From assembly GCA_965235115.1 (NCBI GenBank), contig OZ249436.1, forward strand, positions 22,632,001-22,696,000: a stretch of 64,000 nucleotides of DNA, read 5' to 3'. Below the pieces are notes generated by a model, which saw nothing but the letters and a program-made list of their open reading frames with translations, made no database searches and was not told the DNA's origin. The translations under genes were made by a program, and so were the position numbers. Below are positions 63,745 to 64,000 of this stretch, one piece after another. Source of the stretch: Laetmonice hystrix. Lineage: Eukaryota. How positions within the stretch are numbered: position 1 is the first letter of the stretch; each line of letters begins with the position of its first letter.

Positions 63745-64000
63745 GGCTTGTATCAACCGTTTTTGTCGCAACGTCCATTTTTGTCGCAATGCGACAAAAA
63801 TGGACAACAATGCCGTCCGGAAATGTCGCAACGGACATTGCGACATTTACGGACGGCATTGTTGTCCGGAAATGTCGCAGTGCAACATTTACGGGTGGCA
63901 ATGCCGTCCGGAAATGTCGCAACCGGAGGTTGCGACAAAAACGGACGGGAACGGGCATGTAAAACGTAAGCGTGTCCGCTATTGTCGTAATGGTGGAACG
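63745..64000. repeat. Repetitive element start (gtccggaaatgtcgca motifs), cut by window end
   Basis: Three copies of gtccggaaatgtcgca plus inverted tgcgaca motifs. Confidence 0.5.

Overview
Repeat-dense eukaryotic (metazoan, probably marine invertebrate) genomic DNA; most entries in the ORF track are spurious. Host genes I can support: a 4-exon cyclin O (CCNO) gene on the minus strand (5788-8437), a tRNA-Asn(GTT) and an initiator tRNA-Met. The rest is nested mobile DNA. (1) Two oppositely oriented, decayed copies of an L1/Tx1-type non-LTR retrotransposon whose ORF1 (coiled coil + L1-type RRM/CTD) runs into a C-terminal NADAR (YbiA-like ADP-ribosylhydrolase) domain, followed by a repeat-containing spacer and an APE endonuclease. 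(2) A young 2.9-kb pol-less LTR element encoding one intact 517-aa protein with N-terminal zinc knuckles and no recognisable capsid. (3) A 3.8-kb tandem triplication whose middle unit looks chimeric. (4) ISL2EU, DD41D mariner, Tc1, Sola2-, Ginger1-, Kolobok-, Harbinger-, hAT-, MULE- and EnSpm-like relics and MITEs, several satellites, and directly demonstrable TA to TAGGCCTA/TAGATCTA micro-insertions. The NADAR-carrying LINE ORF1 is the best candidate for an undescribed system. All domain calls are by eye and need HMM or structure confirmation.
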